Source of the DNA: Magnetococcales bacterium
GTDB lineage: Bacteria > Pseudomonadota > Magnetococcia > Magnetococcales > JADGCH01
Assembly (NCBI GenBank): GCA_015228995.1
Contig: JADGCM010000003.1
Span: 1-34,265, forward strand
Direction of reading: 5' to 3'
DNA: 34,265 bases
Program-made: the position numbers and the translations under genes
The notes under the pieces: model-generated
Told to the model about the DNA's origin: nothing
The model's input: the letters and a program-made list of their open reading frames with translations, nothing else
The model's database searches: none
Shown: piece by piece, positions 8,876-18,297 of the stretch
Numbering within the stretch: position 1 is the first letter of the stretch
Layout: each line of letters opens with the position of its first letter

Positions 8876-10104
8876 GATCGACTCCTGCGCTGTTTAATGC
8901 CGTCCTGATATAACTCCAAATAACGGCCAACGACGTTATCCCAGCAGAAATCCTGGCCGCGCCGTTGAGATCGTTCTGCCCAACCACGACAGATAGTACT
9001 ATCGGACATCAGCAGCGCCATGGCATCCGCACAACTCTGGGCATCATTAGGATTGACGACCAAGCCATCGCGGCCGTGGCGAACCAAATCGCGGCAACCC
9101 GGGGCATCACTGGTAATGATGGGCAGTCCAGCCGCCATCGCTTCGGCCAACACAATACCAAAAGTTTCTAGACGTGATGGAAAGACAAAAGCGTCGGCTG
9201 CTAGGTAAAGATCGACGAGATCGTCGCCTGGTAATTGCAATAGTTGACCCACATCGGGATGGTGTCCAGAAATGCTCTCATGCAGGGATAGGTGATCGGC
9301 CACCCCCTGTTGTTTGGCTTCTGGTAGGAGGGCGGAGACACCACCACCAGCAATGACCATCATGAAGGGTTGCTTGGCAGTGCGTTGTTTGAGCAAGGCC
9401 ACCGCTTGTAGTAATAACACGAAATTTTTTTTAGGGTGATGCCGCCCCACTGATAAAAACAGAAAGGCTTGTTCCGGCAGTCCGAGACGCTGACGCAACA
9501 GGGCCTTGGATTCACGGCGCTGAAAACGGCTCAGATCAACGCCATTGGGGATGGCTACAATTTGTTCCTCTGCGACACCAAGGGCGCGATATTCGGCGAC
9601 GACACTGTCGCTGATAGCCACTAGGTGTTGGGCCAGGGGTAGCCAACGTCGCACCAGTTGATCAACCACTGGATTGAGACGCATGCCGTAGCCAATGTCC
9701 CGATCGATTTGGATGTCATCGCCGGCGCAACGCACCAACCAAGCAATATCCGGGCGGCATGCCGCAAAATGGTTAAAGGCGACTCCCACCGGATAACCCA
9801 TGGTGACGTGCCAATAGTCGAACTGCCAACGTCTTTGCAACAAGGCAAAGAACCGATCTAGTAACAAAAAACCAAGCCAAGGCCAACGTTCCAAAATCCC
9901 CCAGATACGCGGCGGAAACGCCTGTACCGGATAAGGCAGTTGCCATCCCCTTTGACGCAAGAGGGTCGGGTAGGGGTGCGAGGCAATTACCACTGGTCGG
10001 TGCCCCTGTTGCAGCAAACGGCTAGCGATATTATGTACCCCTACCTCGGCGCCGCCGATGTTGGGCAAGAAGGTAGAAATGGGTAAGGCAATGGTCAGTG
10101 ACAT
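8872..10104 (-). CDS. Glycosyltransferase family 4 (GT-B)
   Basis: FLPNIGGAE, IPNGVD, SVGRHHPKKN, FVFPSRLETFGIVLAEAMAAGLP (EX7E); start trimmed to ATG at 10104. Confidence 0.9.
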   Translation of the reverse strand: MSLTIALPISTFLPNIGGAEVGVHNIASRLLQQGHRPVVIASHPYPTLLRQRGWQLPYPVQAFPPRIWGILERWPWLGFLLLDRFFALLQRRWQFDYWHVTMGYPVGVAFNHFAACRPDIAWLVRCAGDDIQIDRDIGYGMRLNPVVDQLVRRWLPLAQHLVAISDSVVAEYRALGVAEEQIVAIPNGVDLSRFQRRESKALLRQRLGLPEQAFLFLSVGRHHPKKNFVLLLQAVALLKQRTAKQPFMMVIAGGGVSALLPEAKQQGVADHLSLHESISGHHPDVGQLLQLPGDDLVDLYLAADAFVFPSRLETFGIVLAEAMAAGLPIITSDAPGCRDLVRHGRDGLVVNPNDAQSCADAMALLMSDSTICRGWAERSQRRGQDFCWDNVVGRYLELYQDGIKQRRSRS

Positions 10105-11321
10105 GTGGCTACATCCAGAGTAGCGTTTGCTGGTAGGCTCATCAGACATTGCAACAGGCTCACTAAGCGACGATCAATCACGTGCGTACTGGCACAGGCG
10201 ATGATGTCGGCGGCAAACTGCTGCCGTTGTGCCAAAGACCAAGTTGTAGCTTGCCGAATGGCATCAGCCCATTGGCTTGCTTCCAATTCCGGCAGAAAGC
10301 CGTTATAACCCGGTTGAATCCACTGCTGAAAAGCGGGCTCATTGCCGTTGGCCACCACCGGCAGACCACAGGCCAACGCCTCCAACATCGGGGTGCTGAG
10401 CCCTTCGGCCAGTGATGGGATGGTGACGACATCGGCTAGCCGTACGTAATCAGCTGCTACCGCAAATTCGGTGTGTAACAGTACCCGCTCGGTCAATTGC
10501 AGCTCATGGATACGCTGTTTGATCTGGACGACGTAATCACGATTACGGGCTCCGTGCGGACCCGATTGCAACCATGGACCCGCCAATACCAGCTTGTAAT
10601 GGGCTGGTAATTGGTAAAGTACCTCCAGGAGAAAGATCTGGTTCTTGCCTGGAATGAAATTGGCCACCCAAACCAACACCACATCGGTCTCTTGAAACGG
10701 GGTGAGTTGTCGGCGTAACTGCCAGCGTGTGGTGGCATCGGCTGGGCAGAATGATTGCTCATCGACTGGATTGGGACGACACCAGATATTGCTGGTTAGA
10801 CCAAAACGCTGTTGGCATGCCTGGCGCAGTTTATCGGAGATGGCGATGATCAAGGTGCGTTGCTGAAGCTTGGGCTGCAGGTAACGTTGCCACAGCCAAG
10901 CCAGACCTGGCAGTGGTTGTAGAGGCTCGGCACCGGTGTTGACCAATTCGATGACCAGTGGCAGCCGCCTTAATTGCGCCCATAAAATAGCAGCGGCTGT
11001 CGATGATGAAGTACCTACCACATAAACCAACTCAGCCGGATAGCGCCACAACCACCATAGAGTTGCCACAGCTTCAAACCAGGTCCGTAACGCTTGGAAG
11101 AGACGGGCGTCGTAGCGCCAGCGGCAGGAGATGCGTTGCACCGCTATCCCTTGCCACTGATAAGCCTGGTTACCGCTATATTCCAATGAGTTGCACACCA
11201 CTTGCCAACTCCATCCGGTGCTAGCTGCAAGGCGCCGCCAAGTACGATCAATGCGGTAGCCCGAACCGGCATATTCTGGTGGATACTTGCTCGATACTAG
11301 CAGGACGTGCATGGATGACAT
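10095..11321 (-). CDS. Glycosyltransferase family 4 (GT-B)
   Basis: YPPEYAGSG, PNPVD, PSLAEGLSTPMLEALACGLPVV. Confidence 0.88.
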   Translation of the reverse strand: MSSMHVLLVSSKYPPEYAGSGYRIDRTWRRLAASTGWSWQVVCNSLEYSGNQAYQWQGIAVQRISCRWRYDARLFQALRTWFEAVATLWWLWRYPAELVYVVGTSSSTAAAILWAQLRRLPLVIELVNTGAEPLQPLPGLAWLWQRYLQPKLQQRTLIIAISDKLRQACQQRFGLTSNIWCRPNPVDEQSFCPADATTRWQLRRQLTPFQETDVVLVWVANFIPGKNQIFLLEVLYQLPAHYKLVLAGPWLQSGPHGARNRDYVVQIKQRIHELQLTERVLLHTEFAVAADYVRLADVVTIPSLAEGLSTPMLEALACGLPVVANGNEPAFQQWIQPGYNGFLPELEASQWADAIRQATTWSLAQRQQFAADIIACASTHVIDRRLVSLLQCLMSLPANATLDVATCH

Positions 11322-12469
11322 AACCCCTGATACAGTTCCTCATACAACTCCTGATATTGCTTAACAATAGAAGTCAACGAAAAATGGTCTACAATGCGTT
11401 GTCGAGCTGCCAGACCAAGCTGCTGCCGTTGCCGAGCATCCATGCTCAGTAGCTGTAAGCAGGCTTGCGCCATGGCCTTTGCATCCGCAGCGGGGACGAC
11501 CAGCCCCTGCTGTCCCACTACCCAAGCGGAATCCCCCACGTCAGTAACGACGCAGGGAACACCACAGGACATCGCCTCGCCAATAACATTAGCAAACCCT
11601 TCACCGATTGAGGCGGAGAGGGCGATATCAAAGGCAGCGTGGAGGGCGGCGATGTCTTGACGCCGCCCCAGCAGATGTAACCGATGGCCCAATGAGTTGC
11701 GGTGTAAAGCCTCAGCGAAAAACGGATTATCTGCCGTCACCCCGGGTCCTACCAGTACCAGATGACAGTTTGGCCACACGGCCTGCACCAACGCCACAGC
11801 AGTGAGGCAGAGGTCAAATCCTTTCATCGGATCGAAACGGGCCACCATGCCGATGACCGGAGCATCCGGGGCGATGCCTAACTCGGTACGGATACGCCAC
11901 CGTGCGGTGTCATCGGGCTGGTACTGTTGCACATCAAAACCATTCGGGATCAGTCGCCAAGCGCGTGGCCGATAACCAAGCTGCTGGTGTAACGTTTGCC
12001 CGGCCTTAGAGTTGACCAATATTAGATCCGGCCATCGCGATAGCCGCGCCAGCAGCCATAAGATCAGGCGCAGAGAACGCGAGTAGCTCAAATCCATGTA
12101 GGAGCAACGCAAACTCCAGATCAGCCTCGGTACGGACAGTAGCCGCGCTGCAATGGTTCCCAATAGATCAGCATGATAAAGCCAGGTTTGCAAAATATCT
12201 GGCTGTAACTGGCGCAACAGCCGCCATAAGCGCCACAGACCACGTGGATCAGCCTGGCCGCGTGGTATGGCTAAAAAATAGAGGGGTAACCCCAGAGCGT
12301 GAAAGGAGTCTGCCATGGGGCCACCACCGGTCATCACCACCACACTGTGCTCGAAGCGGCGAGAATCTCTTTGTGATAACAGCTTATGCAACATACGTTC
12401 GGCCCCACCGGTCTCCATACCAGTAATGAGATGGACGATGCGGATACGTTGGCTCACCTCTCGCACCAC
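11297..12469 (-). CDS. Glycosyltransferase family 4 (WbnK-like)
   Basis: HLITGMETGGAERML, QTWLYHAD, IPNGFD, VARFDPMKG, EGFANVIGEAMSCGVPCVVTDVGD. Confidence 0.9.
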   Translation of the reverse strand: MVREVSQRIRIVHLITGMETGGAERMLHKLLSQRDSRRFEHSVVVMTGGGPMADSFHALGLPLYFLAIPRGQADPRGLWRLWRLLRQLQPDILQTWLYHADLLGTIAARLLSVPRLIWSLRCSYMDLSYSRSLRLILWLLARLSRWPDLILVNSKAGQTLHQQLGYRPRAWRLIPNGFDVQQYQPDDTARWRIRTELGIAPDAPVIGMVARFDPMKGFDLCLTAVALVQAVWPNCHLVLVGPGVTADNPFFAEALHRNSLGHRLHLLGRRQDIAALHAAFDIALSASIGEGFANVIGEAMSCGVPCVVTDVGDSAWVVGQQGLVVPAADAKAMAQACLQLLSMDARQRQQLGLAARQRIVDHFSLTSIVKQYQELYEELYQGLCHPCTSC

Positions 12470-12474
12470 TTGCC

Positions 12475-12921
12475 TTAAGCCACTTCATGTTCCTCCTCTC
12501 CCCTTGCGGGAGAGGAGGTTGGGGGGTGAGGGGGAAATATACCCATGGCCAGTGACATGGGTATATTGGGACTCAGTGGGTTGGTTCGGACCCGCATCTG
12601 GACCGGCTCAATCACCAAGTCCATGTCTTCCATCGGAATTGCTCCCAGCAGTACTTGGTCGCCGAAAACCAGAGCCCCGGTCACACATTGACGCCCTAGT
12701 AGAGCGATTTTGACCGGAGCCATGTAGGGGATCAGGTGTAATTGACCATCCGCAGTTTTAATCTCACGTCTCCCCATTTCGGTCAACTGCAGCTGGATGG
12801 CAACATGTTGCGGAATGCACAGATGCAAGGCACCGGTATCTACGAGAGCATTAGCGTCAATCTCTTCCAGGTCAGGCCTAGCATAGTTGGCCAATCGAAG
12901 CGGTGTATAGATAATTCCCAT
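12475..12921 (-). CDS. Clan AA (retropepsin-like) aspartic protease, AF_0612-like, with a repeat-derived C-terminal tail
   Basis: ALVDTGALHLCIP, TADG and VLLGAIPMEDMDLVI motifs; likely start MGIIYT at 12921; the tail PPHPPTSSPARGEEEHEVA is encoded by hairpin repeat copy A. Confidence 0.85.
   Translation of the reverse strand: MGIIYTPLRLANYARPDLEEIDANALVDTGALHLCIPQHVAIQLQLTEMGRREIKTADGQLHLIPYMAPVKIALLGRQCVTGALVFGDQVLLGAIPMEDMDLVIEPVQMRVRTNPLSPNIPMSLAMGIFPPHPPTSSPARGEEEHEVA
12479..12531 (-). repeat. Dispersed hairpin repeat, copy A
   Basis: Perfect 11-bp stem cctcctctccc/gggagaggagg (12492-12502 with 12508-12518); 44/53 ungapped identity to copy C. Confidence 0.85.
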
Positions 12922-12931
12922 GGCGTTGTTG

Positions 12932-14068
12932 TTATTCTGTCTGGGTGAGTAACTGCTGCAACAGCACCTCAGTCTCTTGTGCCAGCCGCTGTGGCGAAAA
13001 ACGGCTGACAATCGAGTCGCGGGCTTGCTGGTGGTACTGGTCGCGTTGCTGGCACAGCCGCTGCGCCAGGGTCAAAATGCCCCGGGCCATGGCTTGGCTG
13101 TCTCCTACTGGCACAACGATGCCATTATTGGCCACGATATCCGCTGAATCACCTACATGGGTGACCACAAAGGAACGACCACAGGCCATGCCTTCTGCTA
13201 CCGCGTTGGAGAACCCCTCTCCAAAGGCCGATGATGAGACGCCGATATCGAGCGCGGTGTAAACGGCCGGCATGTCATCATGAGCACCCGCCCATAACAA
13301 ACGATCTTGTAGCCCCCATGCTTCAGCTTGTTGGCTCAGGGCGACGCGATAGGGATCTGGACCATCACCGACGCAAACGAAACGCAAGTTTGAGTCCTGT
13401 TCACTGGCCAGTGTTGCGGCACGCAAGAAGGTGACGTGGTCTTTCATTGGGTCGAGTCGAGCCACGATACCCACCAACAAATGGTGTTCCTCAATACCCC
13501 ACTGTTGACGTAATCGGAGGCGTCCCATTTCATCTGGTTGGAACAGCTCGATATCAATGCCATTGGCTACCAAGGCCAAACGGTTAGACGGGTAGCCCTG
13601 TTCCTGGTGGTAGAGCATGCCCACCCGTGAATTGGCGACGATGAGATGGGCCCAACGCGATAGCCAACAACTGCCATCGAATGCGAGCCGTTGCAGCCAA
13701 TCGTAACGGCTCAAATCCATGTTAGAAGCCCGTACGCCCCAGACGATCCGTACGCCCGGATAAAACCAGCGCAGCAACAGCGCTAACAAATTAGGTTCAA
13801 CCAAATAGCTGTGTAGAATATCCGGACGTTGTTGCCGCACCAGCCGGATCAAACGCCATAAAAATGTGACGACATGCCAGCGTGATCGTTTACCAAGATC
13901 GTGCACCGGAATGCCGGCTTGGTGCAACGGTTGTTCAAAGATACCTCCTCGATAAAACAGCGCGACGCCTACCGTATGGCCACGCTGTTTGAGACCGGCA
14001 GCCAATAACGCCAACTGCCGCTCGGCGCCACCGCGATCTAAGGAGCGTGCTAGAAACAGAATACGCAT
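12932..14068 (-). CDS. Glycosyltransferase family 4 (WbnK-like), paralogue of 11297..12469
   Basis: MRILFLARSLDRGGAERQL, VARLDPMKDH, GEGFSNAVAEGMACG; start trimmed to ATG at 14068, just after the NUDIX stop. Confidence 0.9.
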   Translation of the reverse strand: MRILFLARSLDRGGAERQLALLAAGLKQRGHTVGVALFYRGGIFEQPLHQAGIPVHDLGKRSRWHVVTFLWRLIRLVRQQRPDILHSYLVEPNLLALLLRWFYPGVRIVWGVRASNMDLSRYDWLQRLAFDGSCWLSRWAHLIVANSRVGMLYHQEQGYPSNRLALVANGIDIELFQPDEMGRLRLRQQWGIEEHHLLVGIVARLDPMKDHVTFLRAATLASEQDSNLRFVCVGDGPDPYRVALSQQAEAWGLQDRLLWAGAHDDMPAVYTALDIGVSSSAFGEGFSNAVAEGMACGRSFVVTHVGDSADIVANNGIVVPVGDSQAMARGILTLAQRLCQQRDQYHQQARDSIVSRFSPQRLAQETEVLLQQLLTQTE

Positions 14069-14070
14069 GG

Positions 14071-14487
14071 CTACGATTCCTGATCCATCAAGCAGGCGGA
14101 TAAAATCCGGTCGAGTCCCGGTACGGTTTTGTAATGTCCCAATTCTTGCGGTAAAATCCAGCGCAGCTCGTCGTTTTCCCAATCCAGTTTGATTTTGTCC
14201 GGTGTGGCCAACTCAAAGAGGAAAGGGTGAATACGCCAGACAACGCCAACATGGTTGTGGTCGACGATGTCGACTGGCTTGGCTTGGCGTATTAATGTCA
14301 GGTCGGTGGCGGGGATGCTGGTCTCTTCCAGTATCTCTTGCAGGGCATGGATGAGCGGATCTCCTTCCAAATAACCGCTGATACCGGACCAGAACCCTTG
14401 AAAGGAGCCGACCCGGTCGCTACGTCGCACCAACAACAGCCGACCGTCGTGGCGTAAAAACGCGGAAATAGCCTGACGTTGTTGCAT
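14071..14487 (-). CDS. NUDIX-family hydrolase
   Basis: LLLVRRSDRVGSFQGFWSGISGYLE, variant Nudix box ALQEILEETSI, LDWENDELRW; GGAG RBS before ATG at 14487. Confidence 0.8.
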   Translation of the reverse strand: MQQRQAISAFLRHDGRLLLVRRSDRVGSFQGFWSGISGYLEGDPLIHALQEILEETSIPATDLTLIRQAKPVDIVDHNHVGVVWRIHPFLFELATPDKIKLDWENDELRWILPQELGHYKTVPGLDRILSACLMDQES

Positions 14488-14635
14488 AGCTGTCACTCCA
14501 GATTTTTTACGTTATGTCCCGATTCCTGGCCAAAATATCATAGATTGATCGTTATGTCACATCACCGTAGCGCTAAATTTATTTTTTTGTCGTTGATTTT
14601 GATAGGGAGTTAAATATAGATTGGCCGGGCGAGCT

Positions 14636-14679
14636 GCCTCTTCACCCTCTCTCCTTGTGGGAGAGGGCAGAGTGAGGAG
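14636..14679 (-). repeat. Dispersed hairpin repeat, copy B (shorter variant)
   Basis: Minus strand reads ctcctcactctgccctctcccacaaggagagagggtgaagaggc: same cctcac head, ccctctc/gagaggg stem and tgaagNggc tail as copies A and C. Confidence 0.7.
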
Positions 14680-14715
14680 TGCGAAAGACTTAATCACATA
14701 CCTGGTTGATAAATT

Positions 14716-15321
14716 ATGAAATTTCGTCGCTGCCCAACTTGTGTCCACGCGGCTGTGTGGAGTGATTTTTTCTTCACCTTGGCCCAGGCGCTGTTTCAAA
14801 CCGCCATCGCCTTTGTTTCCGGCAGCATGGCTTTACATGCCCAGGGCATTTACTCCTTTGCTGATTTTACCACCAAAGGGATCAATTTGGTCAGCGTTAA
14901 AATGGCGGCGCGGTTCCCGCAACTCCCCTTTATATCGGCGGCTCTGATCGGTCTTTGCCTAATAGGGGGAGCCTCGTTATTCCTGATCCATAATTTTCAG
15001 GTTGCTAGCAGCGAACCCAGCCATATTCCCAATTTATTGGCATTTTTTGGTTCCCTATTATCTGCGTTGGCCAGCGAATTGATGTTTCGTTATCTGGCCT
15101 GTGTGGGGCAAGAAAATAGCTACCCTGCCATCACGGCAGCCGCTTGGGACAACCGGATGGACGCCCTGTCTTCTCTGGCAGTCTTTGTTGGTGTGCTGGC
15201 TGCCTATCTGGGTTGGCCGGCGGCTGACCACTGGGTCGCGGTTGCGGTCGCCTTGTTGGTGGTTTGGGTTGGCGGCAAAATTGTGGTTGACGCACTGCAA
15301 CATCTGCTAGATGTGTGGTAG
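14716..15321 (+). CDS. MamB-like cation diffusion facilitator, transmembrane domain only (no C-terminal cytoplasmic domain)
   Basis: MKFRRCPTC (C6xxC9), SGSMAL...YSFAD and ELMFRYLACVGQENSYPAITAAAWDNRMDALSS closely track magnetosome MamB as recalled (MKFENCRDC...ELMYRYQICVGNENNSPAIIANAWDNRSDAISS); the ORF stops just after the last TM (LLDVW*). Confidence 0.8.
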   Translation: MKFRRCPTCVHAAVWSDFFFTLAQALFQTAIAFVSGSMALHAQGIYSFADFTTKGINLVSVKMAARFPQLPFISAALIGLCLIGGASLFLIHNFQVASSEPSHIPNLLAFFGSLLSALASELMFRYLACVGQENSYPAITAAAWDNRMDALSSLAVFVGVLAAYLGWPAADHWVAVAVALLVVWVGGKIVVDALQHLLDVW

Positions 15322-15343
15322 AATAGGGACTTTTTATATGTAT

Positions 15344-17128
15344 CCGACATTCCGCAGTTGTTTTGTAGTTTTTTTGATTTTACGTTCTGCTGCCCCTCCC
15401 ATGTTCTACGATGAAGTCGTATTGTTTTACACGGTATCTGTGTAAACAAGATTGACGAGGTGGTGATGAGCATTCAAGTGAACCAAGTAAAGGCGTTGAT
15501 TCTTGATCATTTTGGTTTGGTGTCTGCTGTGGCAACGGACTTGGGTATTGTGGGCATGATTGATGCGCGGCTTCCAACGACAGATCGTTCTCATGCAACC
15601 ATGGGGCAACGGACGTTGGCCATGATTTTGAATGGACTTGGTTTTTTGAATGATCGGCTCTATATGGTGCCGAGGTTTTTTCAGAACAAGCCGCTGGAAC
15701 GTCTTATTGGGCCTGGTGTTAAGGCTGAACATTTGAATGACGACGCACTGGGCCGGTTACTGGATAGCGTTGCTGAATATGGAACGACGAAGCTGTTCGG
15801 TGAGATTGCATTCGAGATTGGAAGTAAACAGGGGTTGATAGGACGATCAGCCCACTTAGACACAACTAGTTTAATGGTTGTCACCCATGGTTACTCGAAG
15901 GATTACAGGAATGACCTGAAGCAGGTTGTTTTGTCGTTGACGACGACTGGGCCTGCTGGTTTTCCGATCTGGTTCGAAGCCTTGGCCGGTAATAGCAGTG
16001 ATAAGGTCTCCTTCCATGAGACACGAGACCGGGCAACAGAATTTCAGAAGCAGTTGTCAGCGAGTCATTTTCTGTATTGGGTAGCGGATTCATGTTTATA
16101 CACTGTTGGTAAACTGTTGTCTGTAACCGATACAATGTGGATACCAGGGTTCCTGACACGGTGGGTGATGCAAAAGCACTGACCATGATGCCACGGGAAC
16201 AGTTTGAGTGGCAGGAGATCGGCAACGGTTACCAGATAGCGGGAATTGGAAGCAACCATGGTGGTTTACGACAGCGGTGGTTGCTGGTCTATTCTGAACA
16301 GGCCGCCAAAAGGGAGACAGAAACATTCAATAAAAGCCTTGAGAAGATTGATGAGAAGCTCAAGAAGGACGTGTGGCATTTGGAGAATCAGTTATTTACG
16401 GAAGAGTCCTGTGCTGATAAGGCATGCCATGAGTTCAGCAAGAAACTACGCTGTCATCATGCAGAGTATACGGTTACAGCTGTGTTCAAGCACACCCAGC
16501 GCGGTCGTCCGAAAGCTGGTCAGCAAGCTGCTGATATTCGGATATGCGGTAAAGGTGGCATGGTCACGTCATGATGCTGCCATAGACGCCGAACTGAGGA
16601 GTAAGGGCCGTTTTGTTTTGGCGACGAATCAGCTAGATCATGATGAGCTGAGTGATTTGGAGTTTTTTCAGGAATACAAGGACCAGAGCCAAGTGGAGGG
16701 AGGGTTTCGATTCCTCAAGGACCCGTGGTTCATGGTAGACTCCATATTCTTGAAGACTCCAAAACGGATTGAAGCGTTGATGATGATCATGACCCTGTGT
16801 CTGATGGTTTACAACGTTGGCCAGTATCAGTTGCGAGAAAAGCTTTCTGCACAAGGTGGCTTCCTTCCCAACCAAGTTGGTAAACAAGTTCAGAACCCCA
16901 CCTTGCGTTGGGTTTTCAGAGTCATGGAGGGGATAACAATAGCCCGTGTGATGCTTGGTGGAACGATCAACGAGACTGTCCAAGAGATCGTGTGTAATGT
17001 GGATGATTTGCACGAAAAGATCATCCGCTATTTTGGCAAGCATGCCATGAGTATTTATGGTGTGACTTGAATGTTATAGCCTGTTCGTGAAAATGAAAAA
17101 AATGGCGTCAACAACTGCGGAATGTCGG
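15344..17128 (+). mobile_element. IS1634-family insertion sequence (1785 bp)
   Basis: Perfect 19-bp TIRs ccgacattccgcagttgtt (15344-15362) / aacaactgcggaatgtcgg (17110-17128); 6-bp TSD ATGTAT at 15338-15343 and 17129-17134. Confidence 0.92.
15460..17070 (+). pseudogene. IS1634-family DDE transposase, frameshifted into three ORFs
   Basis: DHFGLV, LNDDALGRLLD, HLDTTS, HGYSKDYRNDLKQ, GNSSDK, ADSCLY (ORF1); TRVP, QRWLLVYS, RGRPK (ORF2); GRFVLATN, YKDQSQVEGGFRFLKDP, PKRIEAL, PTLRWVF (ORF3). Frameshifts near 16140 and 16540. Confidence 0.9.
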
Positions 17129-18274
17129 ATGTATGGGCGCTTTCTGTCTTTTCTGGGCACACGGATCAACATTCGGGTCACGTTCATCCTGATCGGTGTT
17201 GTGGTGCTGTTACAGATGGCCTTGGCCACCTATGCTTAGCTGGTCGACAGCGGATGTTACTGCAAAAGGCCGCTAAAGAGTTTTTTATCCTCATGGATGG
17301 CCAGAGTTTGCTGGTGGAGTCAACCCGTCGCCAACTCGACACCACGATATGGGGCTTCGATGCCACACTGGAAGCGTTAATCAATGGTGGTTTGGCACCA
17401 GAACGTCTGGACAAACAATCGGCTATGGTGGTTGTGGTGACGCCACTGCCTCATGTGAAGGTGCAGTTGCTACAAATCCAAACCGGTTGGCGCCCTTTAC
17501 GTGATGCGCTGCAATTGGCGCTGGAGGAAAATGCTTGGCAACGGCTATCACAAGAGACGAGAAAGCGGGTTGCCCACGACAGCACACAATTGCTGGAAGC
17601 TATGGATCGTGCCACCACCATGATCGGTCAAGTTTCCAGAGAACAGATCCAATTCGTGCATACCGGATTGACTCGCAGTGCGATTGGCAGCGTCGTTTTT
17701 GCTGTCAGTTTGCTGCTGTTTTGGGTGTGGCGTTACGTAACGTTGGTGGGGCAATTACACCGTTTTGGCGATCATTTGGTAGCGCTGGAGCAGGGCAAAT
17801 TGCTCTATCGTAGCCACGGCGACACTTTTGTGTCGGAGCTGGCTTTTTTTGGTGAGCGCATCAATGCGACAAGCGATGCGGCAGCTAGCGAATGTGGGCG
17901 ATCCTCCTTTTGATGTACGTGCTATCAAACAGGCCCACATGAAATGGTTGGGACGGTTGGAGCATGTGGTGCGCGGTCGAGCTCGCTTGCGTCCGGAGGA
18001 GGTGGCCAGTGGCCATGAGTGTGCCTTTGGCAAGTGGTACGATAGCGCTGGCAGCGAAATATTCGGTCAGTTGCCCCTCTTCCAAGAGATGGGCATTGCC
18101 CACATGGCCGTTCATGAAAAGGCGCGCGCCATCGTTGTACTGGTTGCCAACGGAGAAACTGAAGCGGCGGTTGCGGCCATGGATCAATTTGACCTCTTGC
18201 GGCGCGAACTGTTCACTTATCTAGATGCCCTATATGTTGACCCGGATCAGAGGCGGCAGCTACCAACCAACTAA
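17129..18274 (+). pseudogene. Decayed chemoreceptor-like gene: TM, PilJ/NarX-like sensor, TM, HAMP-like, CZB domain; no MCP signalling domain
   Basis: ATG at 17129 gives MYGRF...VTFILIGVVVLLQMALATYA* (TM1, TAG at 17237-17239); a second frame gives LAGRQRMLLQK (PilJ-like motif) and TM2; a third frame gives AHMKW...HECAFGKWY...AHMAVHE (CZB zinc ligands). Confidence 0.7.
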
Positions 18275-18297
18275 AAAGACTATTGGGAGACAGGATC

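Noticed and set aside
14690-14720. Possible Fur or FNR box upstream of the CDF (ttgataaattatga)
   Set aside because: Only a half-site match; not distinguishable from AT-rich background.
14557-14799. 80-aa minus-strand ORF containing LLTLPSPTRREGEE
   Set aside because: Translation of hairpin copy B plus antisense of the CDF gene; no coding evidence.
14716-15321. Calling this window part of a magnetosome island
   Set aside because: Only one mam-like gene; no mamA/E/I/K/M/O/P/Q-like ORFs recognised. The TPR domains here are fused to methyltransferases and are not MamA.
17067-17128. Outward-facing promoter in the IS right end (ttgaat...gaaaat)
   Set aside because: Weak -10 match; cannot be supported from sequence alone.
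17122-17128. ORF-track start MSDVW for the 263-aa ORF
   Set aside because: That ATG lies inside the IS terminal repeat; the original start is the ATG in the TSD, in a different frame.
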